The notes: generated by a model from the letters alone, not told the origin. Shown: positions 11,595 through 20,432, counted from the first letter of the stretch. The stretch: DNA of 64,000 nt from Bacteroidales bacterium (GCA_012729225.1 JAAYDO010000177.1:32535-96534); one strand, 5' to 3'. Made by a program: numbers and translations.

Positions 11595-13006
11595 ATTTCA
11601 ATCTTTTCATTTCGTTCCTCACGAAATCTCCTCATGTATTCCGTGGGAGACATACCGTATTCAGCCTTGAAGTTCTCTGTAAAACGTTTTGGACTACTAT
11701 AGCCTAAAGACGCAGAGATGTCGGAAATAGGCATAGAACCTTGTTCCAGATACTGCTTTCCACGTTTCATTCTAATGGTGCGGATAAATTCTGCAGGTCC
11801 TTTACCTGTGATATTAATTAGCTTCTTATAAAGATAAGTTCTGCTCAACGATAATTCATGTCCCAGAGCCTCTACCGAGAACTCCGTGTCTGAGATATGA
11901 TCTTGGCAGATCTTCATGGCACGTTGGATGAACTGTTCATCCACAGATGTAATGGTAATGTCTTTTGCCACCACCTCTAAATTCTCACGGAACTCTCGTT
12001 GCCTTGACTCCCTCTTCTCGATAAACTTCTTCACTCTCAATCGGAGCATCTCCACATTGAAAGGCTTGGTGATATAGTCATCTGCGCCCAATCGGAGTCC
12101 TTCCACCTCCAGTTGCTCCCCTCTTCTGCCAGTGAGCAAAATCACTGGGATGTGAGACCATCTCAAGTCTGTTTTGATTTGCTTGCACAATTCCAGACCA
12201 TTCATCTTAGGCATAGTCACGTCACTCACCACCAAGTCAATATCATCGTGCTCTTCCAGCACCTTCACTGCATGTTCTCCATTTGAGGCGGTGAGCACAT
12301 GATACTCTCCTCTAAAATAATCATGCACGAAGCGACACATGTCAGGACTGTCATCCACCATCAACATCGTGAACCTCTGGTCTGCAGGCTTCTCCTCATG
12401 GTTTTCGTTATTGATGTTAGCAGCCACAACAGCCACATTATTATCGTCAATGCCTCTCGCCTGCTCATCCACATCAGTCATCGAAGCAGAATTCATCTCC
12501 TCTTTCCCTTCCGCAGGAGGAACAGACTTCTCAGCAGGTGGTGCACTCACAGTCGTCATCACCGTATCCAGAGGAGGAACTATCATTCCCATCACGTCGC
12601 TCTTCATGCCCGAAGGCAACATATTCACTTGATGCAACAGAATCTGTGCATTTCTCAGCACCATCTGAATCCTCACTCTCACATCATCGTTCAGTGGTTC
12701 AGAAGCCATCTGTTGCAGGGGACTGATGATGAGCGTGATGGGAGTGAGCAACCTTTGGCTCACACTCGACAGCACACGCTGTCCGTTTTCCTCCAGTTCA
12801 TAACGATGTTCACGCTCAAGACGAATCAGGTCCTGATCACGCTTTTCTCTTTCACGATTGATGAGGTATCTGCATAAAGCATACTCCCCCACAGCCAAGA
12901 GAAGAACCACAAACAAGATAGCCCAGATAGAGGTCTCAGAAAAGAACTCCACAGCATAAGCCAGTATTGCATCGGTCATCAATTTTTTTCCCATACTGAA
13001 AAGCAT
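11591..13006 (-). CDS. Kinase-less HTCS remnant: TM helix, degenerate HisKA (His->Gln), no HATPase, intact receiver, AraC-type HTH
   Basis: TM helix [18 protein letters not shown]. HisKA-like [13 protein letters not shown] where the consensus is SHELRTPL. About 90 aa of low-complexity linker without N/G1/G2 ATPase boxes. REC with [27 protein letters not shown]. AraC HTH ([10 protein letters not shown] ... [23 protein letters not shown]). Confidence 0.8.
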   Translation of the reverse strand: MLFSMGKKLMTDAILAYAVEFFSETSIWAILFVVLLLAVGEYALCRYLINREREKRDQDLIRLEREHRYELEENGQRVLSSVSQRLLTPITLIISPLQQMASEPLNDDVRVRIQMVLRNAQILLHQVNMLPSGMKSDVMGMIVPPLDTVMTTVSAPPAEKSVPPAEGKEEMNSASMTDVDEQARGIDDNNVAVVAANINNENHEEKPADQRFTMLMVDDSPDMCRFVHDYFRGEYHVLTASNGEHAVKVLEEHDDIDLVVSDVTMPKMNGLELCKQIKTDLRWSHIPVILLTGRRGEQLEVEGLRLGADDYITKPFNVEMLRLRVKKFIEKRESRQREFRENLEVVAKDITITSVDEQFIQRAMKICQDHISDTEFSVEALGHELSLSRTYLYKKLINITGKGPAEFIRTIRMKRGKQYLEQGSMPISDISASLGYSSPKRFTENFKAEYGMSPTEYMRRFREERNEKIEI

Positions 13007-13023
13007 TATCGGATTATCTGGTA

Positions 13024-13031
13024 CAAATATA
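13024..13031 (-). promoter_or_regulatory. Candidate -7 box (TATATTTG on the minus strand) for the regulator-ugd unit
   Basis: TAnnTTTG match 17 nt upstream of the ATG at 13006. Confidence 0.4.
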
Positions 13032-13106
13032 ATGATTTTTCTTGATTCTTATCAGTTTTCGCCTCATCTTTTTTCTCAAACGTCATTGTTGAGGAGATTT
13101 TGCTTT

Positions 13107-13138
13107 CAAAAAGGGACGATTTTGATTCGAATCGCCCC
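13107..13138 (-). terminator. Intrinsic terminator-like hairpin downstream of the GH115 gene
   Basis: Minus strand reads GGGGCGATT-CGAATCAA-AATCGTCCC followed by TTTTTG. It lies about 30 nt after the GH115 stop. Confidence 0.5.
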
Positions 13139-13169
13139 TTTCTTTGTCATAATAGCCTTGTTCACGCAG

Positions 13170-15629
13170 TTACTCAATCACCACTCTTTCAATCACAATT
13201 CCTGGGTCGAGCGGACAGAGTGTAAGTTGGTGCTCACCAGCAACAATGGCAGGCAATTTCACCCTCTGAGTATTCATGCGAGTCGTTTCCCAGTTATAGT
13301 TCTGGTCACGGTAGCCATCTCTTACATATCGGCTTGCCTCGTTCACATTCAGAGTCTGCACCTCCTTGCCATCCAAGAGAATCATCAGGCGGTGCCCCCT
13401 GCCATCATTAAACGGGAAGTTGGGTGCTAAAATCACCGTGGCTTGCACCTCTGCATGTTCCTCTTTCGTGTTGAAAGCATACGTGATGCTTGCACCCTCC
13501 GTGCTGTTGGTATAAGGCATCAAAGCCACGCCAGCCTTCCACACACCAAAGCCTGGCATCACCTGCCACTTCGCACCCTCAGCAATCTTTCCACCGTCTC
13601 TGGCATCCTTCTTCTCAGCAAACTCATCAGCCTCCAACACAGCAATCATCTTCTTTGGCTCAAACACAATCTCCTGATTCTGAACAGCCTCGCTCTCCTC
13701 CACACGCTGTACGGCTGGCATCGTGTTCTGCCTTGGATTGTTCCAAGAACGATAACCAATATAGATTTCATCCATCATGTGATTCCACTTGCCACCTGCT
13801 ATCTTATGGTTGTATTCATCCACCAGTTCCTGAGCTCTACGGAAACAGAACTCCACCTTATCTGCACACTCATTGGCTCTCAAGTCTTTTCTCTCCGCAT
13901 AATAGCGGTTCAGTGCCTGCGCATAATACATATTATATAGGTTGGCAAAAACCCTCACAGGAAAATAGACCAGTTCATTGTAGGTGTCTCTGTAAGCCAC
14001 AGGCACTTTCTCTCTCAAGATTGTTGCCTCACGCTCCAGCAGATCATATTCCTTCACACGTTCTGCCCACTCACCTGTTTGCAGATTGAATGTACGGGTA
14101 TCCAGCAATTCTGGTGTGCGGCGATGCGCATACTTACATTGCAGATTCAAGATACGAGCAGCCTCCTTCGCACATGCCTCACCCATCTGCTCTCGGCAGA
14201 AATCTTCTGTATAATCCATCAGATTGGAAGCATTGAACTGAGCAGGATTCCATGCCATCTTAAACCAAAAGTCAATGGGAAACTCCATCGGCTTGAGGTC
14301 ACCCACATTCAGAATCCACAACTTGTCCACACCATAAGAATAGGTCAATTGCATCTGCTCCCATATTCGCTGTATCTGCGACACATTCTGAAACTTCGTG
14401 TTGCGAGGTCCACCCACATAGTCCACATGATAATACATGCCATAGCCACCAGGATGACGCTTGGAGAAAGCACCCGTTCCCTTGTTCCATTCCAGTTCAG
14501 GAAGCACACGCACATTCCCCCAGTTATCATCACAAAGCAAGAGAATCACGTCATCAGGCACTGTCATGCCCTTCTCATAATATTCCTGCACCTCCTTATA
14601 GAGAGCCCATACCTGTGGTGTCTCTTTGGCAGACTTGCCAGTAGCCTCCTCTATAAGTTTTCGCTGACTGTTCACGATGCGCTCCAGCAACTCCACATCA
14701 GCATGCTCACCCATTGGCTCATCGCCATTTCCTCTCATACCCACAGTCACCACATCATCCGTGTTCTTCATGCGTTCCACACCACCCTTCCAGAACTTGT
14801 CCAGCACCTCCTTGTTGGTGTCGTAGTTCCATGCACCATGACTGCGATCACGCGTCCATTCCTGCTGGGCGCGTGCCATTGGCTCGTGGTGCGAAGTACC
14901 CATACACACACCCATATCATCTGCTGTCTGCAGGTTCAGCGGATCATCCATGTAGAAAGCAGAACCCCACATGGCAGGCCACATGAAGTTACCCTTCAGT
15001 CGGAGCACCAACTCAAACACACGGGCATAAAACTCATGATTGAACACTGGACCATAGTTCGCGTCTCTCCATCCTGTCAGACAGGGCGCTTCATCATTCA
15101 AGAAGATGCCACGATACTTCACAGCAGGTTCACCATCCGTAAACACACCCTGCTTCACATACACCTTCTCCTGTTTCATAACTGGCACATCAGCCCAGTC
15201 GTACCAAGGACTCACACCTATCTGCTTACAGAGTTCATACACACCATAGATTGTGCCACGCTTATCACTTCCAGCAATCACCAACTGATTCTTATTCATG
15301 GTGATGAGAAACTTCTCATGCTTGCCCCTCAACTCCGCAGCGTCAATCACTTTCTTCCTTGCAAGTCTGTCAATCTGCGCACTCTTTCCCAGCGTGCCCA
15401 CCACAATTGGGAAATCCTCCCTGCCTGTCACCTTCACCAAGTCCTTCTTCAGGTTGTCCACCGCCAAGTGAACACCCTTCCAGTCCTTCGGATCACACAC
15501 GATGTCGCCCTTCAGATCAGTCAAACACACCGCCCCACTCTGAGGCTCAAAAGTCACGAATTGATCGGCCGCCCATGTTGGTAAAGCCACACACAGCAGC
15601 ACGAAAAGTTGTATAATTAGTCTTCTCAT
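13170..15629 (-). CDS. GH115 xylan alpha-1,2-glucuronidase
   Basis: Signal peptide. N-terminal GH115 blocks (LVIAGSDKRGTIYGVYELCKQIGVSPWYDWADVPV, YRGIFLNDEAP). 819 aa. The 501-aa plus-strand ORF across it is a His/Leu-rich antisense shadow. Confidence 0.85.
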   Translation of the reverse strand: MRRLIIQLFVLLCVALPTWAADQFVTFEPQSGAVCLTDLKGDIVCDPKDWKGVHLAVDNLKKDLVKVTGREDFPIVVGTLGKSAQIDRLARKKVIDAAELRGKHEKFLITMNKNQLVIAGSDKRGTIYGVYELCKQIGVSPWYDWADVPVMKQEKVYVKQGVFTDGEPAVKYRGIFLNDEAPCLTGWRDANYGPVFNHEFYARVFELVLRLKGNFMWPAMWGSAFYMDDPLNLQTADDMGVCMGTSHHEPMARAQQEWTRDRSHGAWNYDTNKEVLDKFWKGGVERMKNTDDVVTVGMRGNGDEPMGEHADVELLERIVNSQRKLIEEATGKSAKETPQVWALYKEVQEYYEKGMTVPDDVILLLCDDNWGNVRVLPELEWNKGTGAFSKRHPGGYGMYYHVDYVGGPRNTKFQNVSQIQRIWEQMQLTYSYGVDKLWILNVGDLKPMEFPIDFWFKMAWNPAQFNASNLMDYTEDFCREQMGEACAKEAARILNLQCKYAHRRTPELLDTRTFNLQTGEWAERVKEYDLLEREATILREKVPVAYRDTYNELVYFPVRVFANLYNMYYAQALNRYYAERKDLRANECADKVEFCFRRAQELVDEYNHKIAGGKWNHMMDEIYIGYRSWNNPRQNTMPAVQRVEESEAVQNQEIVFEPKKMIAVLEADEFAEKKDARDGGKIAEGAKWQVMPGFGVWKAGVALMPYTNSTEGASITYAFNTKEEHAEVQATVILAPNFPFNDGRGHRLMILLDGKEVQTLNVNEASRYVRDGYRDQNYNWETTRMNTQRVKLPAIVAGEHQLTLCPLDPGIVIERVVIE

Positions 15630-15652
15630 GTTGTTAGGTTTTGTTTTGGGTA

Positions 15653-15660
15653 CAAAAATA
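15653..15660 (-). promoter_or_regulatory. Candidate -7 box (TATTTTTG on the minus strand) for GH115
   Basis: TAnnTTTG match 23 nt upstream of the ATG at 15629. Confidence 0.45.
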
Positions 15661-15686
15661 ACGCATTTCCACCTAACACACTAGCT

Positions 15687-15722
15687 CTCATGTTACATGT
15701 ACTTTAGATAATGTTACATGAG
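15687..15722. promoter_or_regulatory. Candidate operator: ATGTTACATG twice, 21 nt apart, upstream of the GH115 promoter
   Basis: Identical 10-mers at 15690-15699 and 15711-15720. Each is nearly self-complementary. They sit 27-62 nt upstream of the -7 box. Confidence 0.4.
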
Positions 15723-15780
15723 AAATACAAAACCCTAAAAACCAAGTATTTCACATAGTTTTTTAGATAAGGAGAATAAC

Positions 15781-16839
15781 TTAATGGAGTCTATCGGAAT
15801 AATGAAAAGTTAAGAGAAATCCTTCCATCTTATGATGATAATCCGTGTCTGTTTTATTCGTATATTCCTTGACAACCAAACGAGGAGCATTGTGCATCAC
15901 AGGTTTGAAATAGACATAACGCTCGTCCATGGAACGCAAACCAGAAAGGTCCCTGACAAGCTCTATATCAAGATCTGCCACATCTTCTATCTTCACATCG
16001 GGTAGATAAGAAAGTGTGTAGATATCTACAACATCCATATTTTCCCTACCATGTCGCATCAAGACTGGGTTATCCTGTTCATCATAGGAGAAGGCACACC
16101 AGCGTCTACATTCGCCCCTACGATATTCAGACCAACTAGTAAGTCTGTTGTGCTCATCATAGGTATAGCGAAGGGTGTCCCCACTGTCATAGTTGGTACA
16201 CAGGATCATGTTGCCCCTGTTGTCACATGAGTCCACAGCCACCTCCTTCAGACTCACGCACGTATCTACTATTTTACCCTTCACCCATTTCTTGCTGTTC
16301 ACATGGATATACTGACGCCGACACAAGAGCGTGCCTTGTTCGTCATAGTCATAGCTGAAATAACAGGCCTCCCTAACATACTTGCCATCGGGCTTGTATT
16401 CTGTGGTCAAACGTCCCATGTCATCATAGGTGGCACGATAGGTGATCATCGTTTGTGCCTCATCAGCATATATGCTATCATAACGCAGTATGAGCTGGTC
16501 CTGACGATTATACTTAAAGACCGTCTCGCCATCGATCTTGATCTCGGGATTGAATGGTTTCTTAGGAGTCAAAACAGCTTGTTCACCCTTCCGTTCCACA
16601 GTTACCTCTCGTATCTGATTCCTCTGTTCGCGAATGTGGATGATGCGAGAGATACGTCCTTCTTCATCGTAGTAGCTTTGATCATAGATTGGCATAGCAG
16701 ATCTAGATCTACTACGTATGACGTCACCCACATGATCGCCCCATCGTTGTGTGATGCTATCCAGTCGGAGCTGTTGGGCATGGAGCGACAAATTGCAGAA
16801 GCCACATACCAACAGGAGGCCTATCGTCCTAATCATCAT
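15781..16839 (-). CDS. Secreted hypothetical protein with YD-repeat-like motifs
   Basis: Signal peptide MMIRTIGLLLVCGFCNLSLHAQQ. Recurring Y-x-YD-x-x-G/N-R-L units: YYDEEGRISRI, TYDDMGRLTTEY, YDYDEQGTLL, YTYDEHNRLTSW, FSYDEQDNPV. Confidence 0.6.
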   Translation of the reverse strand: MMIRTIGLLLVCGFCNLSLHAQQLRLDSITQRWGDHVGDVIRSRSRSAMPIYDQSYYDEEGRISRIIHIREQRNQIREVTVERKGEQAVLTPKKPFNPEIKIDGETVFKYNRQDQLILRYDSIYADEAQTMITYRATYDDMGRLTTEYKPDGKYVREACYFSYDYDEQGTLLCRRQYIHVNSKKWVKGKIVDTCVSLKEVAVDSCDNRGNMILCTNYDSGDTLRYTYDEHNRLTSWSEYRRGECRRWCAFSYDEQDNPVLMRHGRENMDVVDIYTLSYLPDVKIEDVADLDIELVRDLSGLRSMDERYVYFKPVMHNAPRLVVKEYTNKTDTDYHHKMEGFLLTFHYSDRLH

Positions 16840-16889
16840 ATCGCTTATCTATTTTACCATATTGACTGAGATCGCCAGAAAGAGTCACT

Positions 16890-18125
16890 TCATTCTATGC
16901 TTATCCAATTATCATTTTCGGCTTCTCCCTTCTCTTCCACTATCCAACCAATGCGAGGTGTGAGCTCATAGGTGTCTGGATCCTGTTCTGCCCCCACAAA
17001 ACCAGTCAAGAAGCACATGGGCAGATTGGCACGTTCCTCACCCGAGTCTTCCATATATTTGAATTTAAAATCCACACTCAACACATCCTTAGGCATTCGT
17101 TTGAGATCATCTGCCCTGATGAATCCAGGCACACGCTCACCCTCCTTGTCGTAGGGGTAGAAGTTGATGAGCCATCCGTCCAACTTGGTGGATTGAGGGT
17201 CGTAAACGCAGTTGGAACTACGATAGCGGTCAGGGGCTATCTGAGTCATGATACATCTCCAGAACTGCTGATTGGGTTTGCCTTGGGCTGTCTTAACGAA
17301 CTCCTCAAGAACAGGACAAAGCCTGTCGATCCACCAATCCAAGTCATAAGACCTGAGCATGCGCACACGATCCAATATCTTCTGCCAATCCTCGGGTGTT
17401 CCCTTCAAGGTGACATAAGGAATGCCACAACTCAAGCGCACCACTTCATAGTTGAAATAAGGAGACAGGGCACTCATCACCGTGATTTGAGAGGCGATGC
17501 GACTTTCCAACGTGGTGGTAGAGAAGTCCGCACGCAGGTTCTCCACGATCTGTCCCTTGGTATATTCCTTCATCTGTGCCTCAAACTGGTCAAAAATCTC
17601 AGGCCACAGGCCTTTCATCTTCTTCACCTCACCATGCTTAGTCACTCCTTCGATCTCCACTGGCGAAGCCTTGACAGCCACTGCCTGGAGCGTCATCTTA
17701 CCTTCATGACCAACCAATCGGTTTCTGAGTTCCTCAGCATGATTCTGCACATGAAAGGCAAAGCCTTGTGTGATGAGCAACCAGATATCATCAGGCGAGA
17801 GCACCACAGGACGATGTTCAGCATAAGCCTTCGTCATCATCGTCAAGAAGGTAGCATTGTCACTGAAAAGCACGAGTTCGTCCTTCTCAAAACTGCTAGC
17901 CACGACCTTGCCACTCGTTCCATGCACATAATCCGTGATTGAATTAAAGAGATCCTCACCATTATACTCTTCCAATAGCTTCTCGGGTGCCGTCAGGTTC
18001 TCGTCCACCACAAAAGTGATAGATCCCTTTTCTTTCTTAATCACGATGTCCTTGTCTTTCTTGTTAGCAAAAGACTGTGTTGTGGCGATCATCACCATCA
18101 ACAATACAAAAAGAATACGTTTCAT
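16890..18125 (-). CDS. DUF4419-like secreted protein
   Basis: Start moved to MKRILFVLLMVMIATTQSFA (signal peptide). Blocks remembered from DUF4419: SPDDIWLLITQGFAFHV, FSTTT, CGIPYVTLKGTPEDWQKI, FWRCI. Family assignment is from memory, not a search. Confidence 0.6.
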   Translation of the reverse strand: MKRILFVLLMVMIATTQSFANKKDKDIVIKKEKGSITFVVDENLTAPEKLLEEYNGEDLFNSITDYVHGTSGKVVASSFEKDELVLFSDNATFLTMMTKAYAEHRPVVLSPDDIWLLITQGFAFHVQNHAEELRNRLVGHEGKMTLQAVAVKASPVEIEGVTKHGEVKKMKGLWPEIFDQFEAQMKEYTKGQIVENLRADFSTTTLESRIASQITVMSALSPYFNYEVVRLSCGIPYVTLKGTPEDWQKILDRVRMLRSYDLDWWIDRLCPVLEEFVKTAQGKPNQQFWRCIMTQIAPDRYRSSNCVYDPQSTKLDGWLINFYPYDKEGERVPGFIRADDLKRMPKDVLSVDFKFKYMEDSGEERANLPMCFLTGFVGAEQDPDTYELTPRIGWIVEEKGEAENDNWISIE

Positions 18126-18539
18126 ACTCAGCATTATTAAATTTTCTGCCACAAAGTTAGCGTGTCCATCCCATTCATCCAAGAAAATGAATTCACAAAT
18201 AATTCACATTTCACATCATCTCCACTTTTTGAAGTACTTCAAAAACCGTCAAAACCCCTATCAATAGGCAATGTTGTCAAAGTACAACTTTATTTAAACA
18301 ATGCGAATTGATTGTGCTGACAAAGCTAGTAAATAAATATGAATATTTCCACCTCATGATGAGTAAAAAATCAGCCCAAAATCCAATGCTGGTCATATAC
18401 AAGTCCGTTGTTCCTCCGTTGTGACTCCGTTTTGGGTCTGTTCAAATAGCAGAAAAGAGGTAGAGTCATAACGAAGGAAGAGCAAACTCAAATAAAAAAG
18501 GACTTCGTCCTCGAATTTCTCATTTTTTGCAATTGACAA

Positions 18540-18573
18540 GCCTTCGATATGCCTTCGATACGCCTTCGAGATG
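18540..18573 (+). repeat. Family B dispersed repeat, copy 1 (3 x ~11-nt GCCTTCGAKAY core)
   Basis: GCCTTCGATAT GCCTTCGATAC GCCTTCGAGAT. 19 nt (AGCCTTCGATATGCCTTCG) are identical to the reverse complement of copy 3. Confidence 0.65.
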
Positions 18574-18906
18574 GCTCCGAATTTTCAACACTACCAGGGG
18601 AGGCAATTTTACGTTTCTGCATCGGAAAATATTTTTTCCTAACTATGAAATAAAAAATCGTCGATATGGGTATTTTTCAAGGGAAGGGTATTTATTGCTT
18701 CTTGACAACACTTATCTTTATACGAACCATAAAACCTAACCTGATTTGAGACATCACCTAATCCTTTTTTTAGTCATCACTGATGGCAAAGGTTAGTCAT
18801 TACTGATGATCGACGTCGGTCATCATAGAAGATCAAGGTCGGACTTCTATAGAACCTTCGGAGGATGGTCTGGGGATGATTTTGAAAAAACAAAAATTAT
18901 TCTTGC

Positions 18907-19140
18907 GACTTCGTCACTTTTTAACCATAAGCAACTTATAATCAAAAAGATGCACAAAATAATTCGTCACCACTTCGTCACCTTTCCAAACATAACAAAC
19001 TGAATATCAACGCACTATTCTACTACCCTATCAAAAACACTTCGTCACCTATGATTTGACACAAATCAATTTACAGGTGACGAAGTGTTTCTTTATAACA
19101 TGCTGAAACACAGAGTGCTATTCAAAAAGGTGACGAAGTC
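18907..19140. repeat. Cluster of six CTTCGTCACC motifs forming nested inverted repeats
   Basis: Forward copies at 18908-18917, 18963-18971, 18972-18983 and 19038-19050. Reverse copies at 19075-19087 and 19128-19140. Perfect 16-bp IR 19035-19050 / 19075-19090 with a 24-nt loop. Perfect 14-bp IR 18972-18985 / 19126-19139. Confidence 0.75.
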
Positions 19141-19191
19141 AGACTCTTAAAAACTTTTTTCTTCGCAGACACTACTTTTGTAAGCTTTATT

Positions 19192-20256
19192 CTAGTATTC
19201 ATGGAGCTTCTTCTTCAACATCTTGAGGTCCTTGAAGGCGGATTTGCCAGCCTTTTCTCCGAGATAAATCATATCAGATACCTTCTGGGCTGAGAAGTCC
19301 TGAGGACCATATCCCTTGAGGTTGGGATTGATGTAAACGTCCACCTGCTGGAGGTTGCGCTGGTATATCTTCACATCCGGACGAAGAAGAGACCATGCCG
19401 CAACACTGAGGAGATTAAACTTCTGGAAGAAAGTGCCAAGGAGGTTATCTTCACCTGTAAACTCATCCGTATCAGCCGTTTCACCAGTCTTGTCGAGCCT
19501 CTTATTGACTGTGAGGTCAATAGCAATCACAATATCTGCACCCATCTGTTTGGCCACATCAACAGGAAGATTGTTGAGCATGCCACCATCTACCAGTGTC
19601 ATGCCATCCATCTGAACGGGACGAAAGGCGAAAGGAATCGCCATGCTGGCTCGCATGGACTGAGCAAGATTGCCCGAGGAAAGCACCACTTGACTGAAGG
19701 TATTGACATCTACCGCCACACAGCGATAGGGAATGGGAAGAGAATCGAAGACGATGGAATCGTTGAATCCAATCATTCTTTCAAGAGTGGAGACGATGCT
19801 GTCACCCTTGAAAACACCGAAGTTGAAGAGTTTCTTCTTCTTTCCATCCTTGTCTTTTTGGTTTTTTTCATTGAGTTTATCTTTCAGAGCACCCAAATCC
19901 ACTCGCACAGGAAAGCCCATCACATAGGTCATGGTATCCTCATTCACAAGGAGTTCACCACCAGAGGGTTTGCTACGGTCAGTGAGCAGATTGAGCCACT
20001 CTTGCGAACGAAACATGGAGTCGAGCTGGGCACTCGTGTAACCTATAGAGTATAGTCCGCCTACGATAGAACCGATGCTTGTGCCAACAATCATGTCGAT
20101 AGGCACGCCCGACTCCTCCACATACTTCAATACTCCCACAGCAGCAGCCCCTTTCGCCCCTCCGCCTCCGAGCACCAGGGCTACTTTGGGACGGTCTTGT
20201 GCCTGAAGAGAGAGCAAGAGGAATAGAGACAAGAAAGAGGTGATGAGGCGTTTCAT
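19192..20256 (-). CDS. Patatin-like phospholipase (signal peptide-bearing)
   Basis: Oxyanion motif LGGGGAKGAAAVG, nucleophile elbow GTSIGS, catalytic Asp motif VDGGMLNNLP. N-terminal signal peptide. Confidence 0.85.
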   Translation of the reverse strand: MKRLITSFLSLFLLLSLQAQDRPKVALVLGGGGAKGAAAVGVLKYVEESGVPIDMIVGTSIGSIVGGLYSIGYTSAQLDSMFRSQEWLNLLTDRSKPSGGELLVNEDTMTYVMGFPVRVDLGALKDKLNEKNQKDKDGKKKKLFNFGVFKGDSIVSTLERMIGFNDSIVFDSLPIPYRCVAVDVNTFSQVVLSSGNLAQSMRASMAIPFAFRPVQMDGMTLVDGGMLNNLPVDVAKQMGADIVIAIDLTVNKRLDKTGETADTDEFTGEDNLLGTFFQKFNLLSVAAWSLLRPDVKIYQRNLQQVDVYINPNLKGYGPQDFSAQKVSDMIYLGEKAGKSAFKDLKMLKKKLHEY

Positions 20257-20289
20257 ATGCTATTTTTCTGATTTGGTTTTGCAACTTTG

Positions 20290-20297
20290 CAAAGATA
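20290..20297 (-). promoter_or_regulatory. Candidate -7 box (TATCTTTG on the minus strand) for patatin gene 1
   Basis: TAnnTTTG match 33 nt upstream of the ATG at 20256. Confidence 0.45.
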
Positions 20298-20403
20298 GGT
20301 ATTTTATGGAAAACGGAAGACAATGAGCCTTCTTTTTGTTGCCTAAGTGAAAGATTTTGAGATAAAAGAGGAAAAGGACGCATGGATTGTGAACAAAAAT
20401 GCG

Positions 20404-20411
20404 TACCTTTG
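20404..20411 (+). promoter_or_regulatory. Candidate -7 box (TACCTTTG) for patatin gene 2
   Basis: TAnnTTTG match 21 nt upstream of the ATG at 20433. It lies inside the longer ORF-track prediction, which favours the 20433 start. Confidence 0.45.
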
Positions 20412-20432
20412 AATCACAAACTCTTAATTCAA

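Noticed and set aside
14079-15584. 501-aa plus-strand ORF, the longest unassigned ORF in the track
   Set aside because: It lies entirely antisense to the well-supported GH115 gene. The translation is His/Leu/Ile-rich low-information sequence with no motifs, as expected for a shadow ORF. The same reasoning applies to 2031-2771, 17193-17942, 21352-22314, 28014-28901, 35391-36554, 47433-48440, 49724-50485, 51165-52046, 53495-54184 and 61180-62097.
15781-16839. Rhs/YD polymorphic toxin
   Set aside because: It is only 352 aa and has no C-terminal toxin domain, no DPxGx18DPxG-type cleavage motif, and no immunity gene, PAAR, VgrG or T6SS context. It is kept as a hypothetical YD-like protein only.
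18972-19139. Invertible promoter (inverton) bounded by the 14-bp perfect inverted repeat
   Set aside because: No TAnnTTTG promoter box is found inside the 140-bp segment on either strand, and no site-specific recombinase gene is nearby. It is retained only as a repeat cluster and possible terminator, testable with read data.
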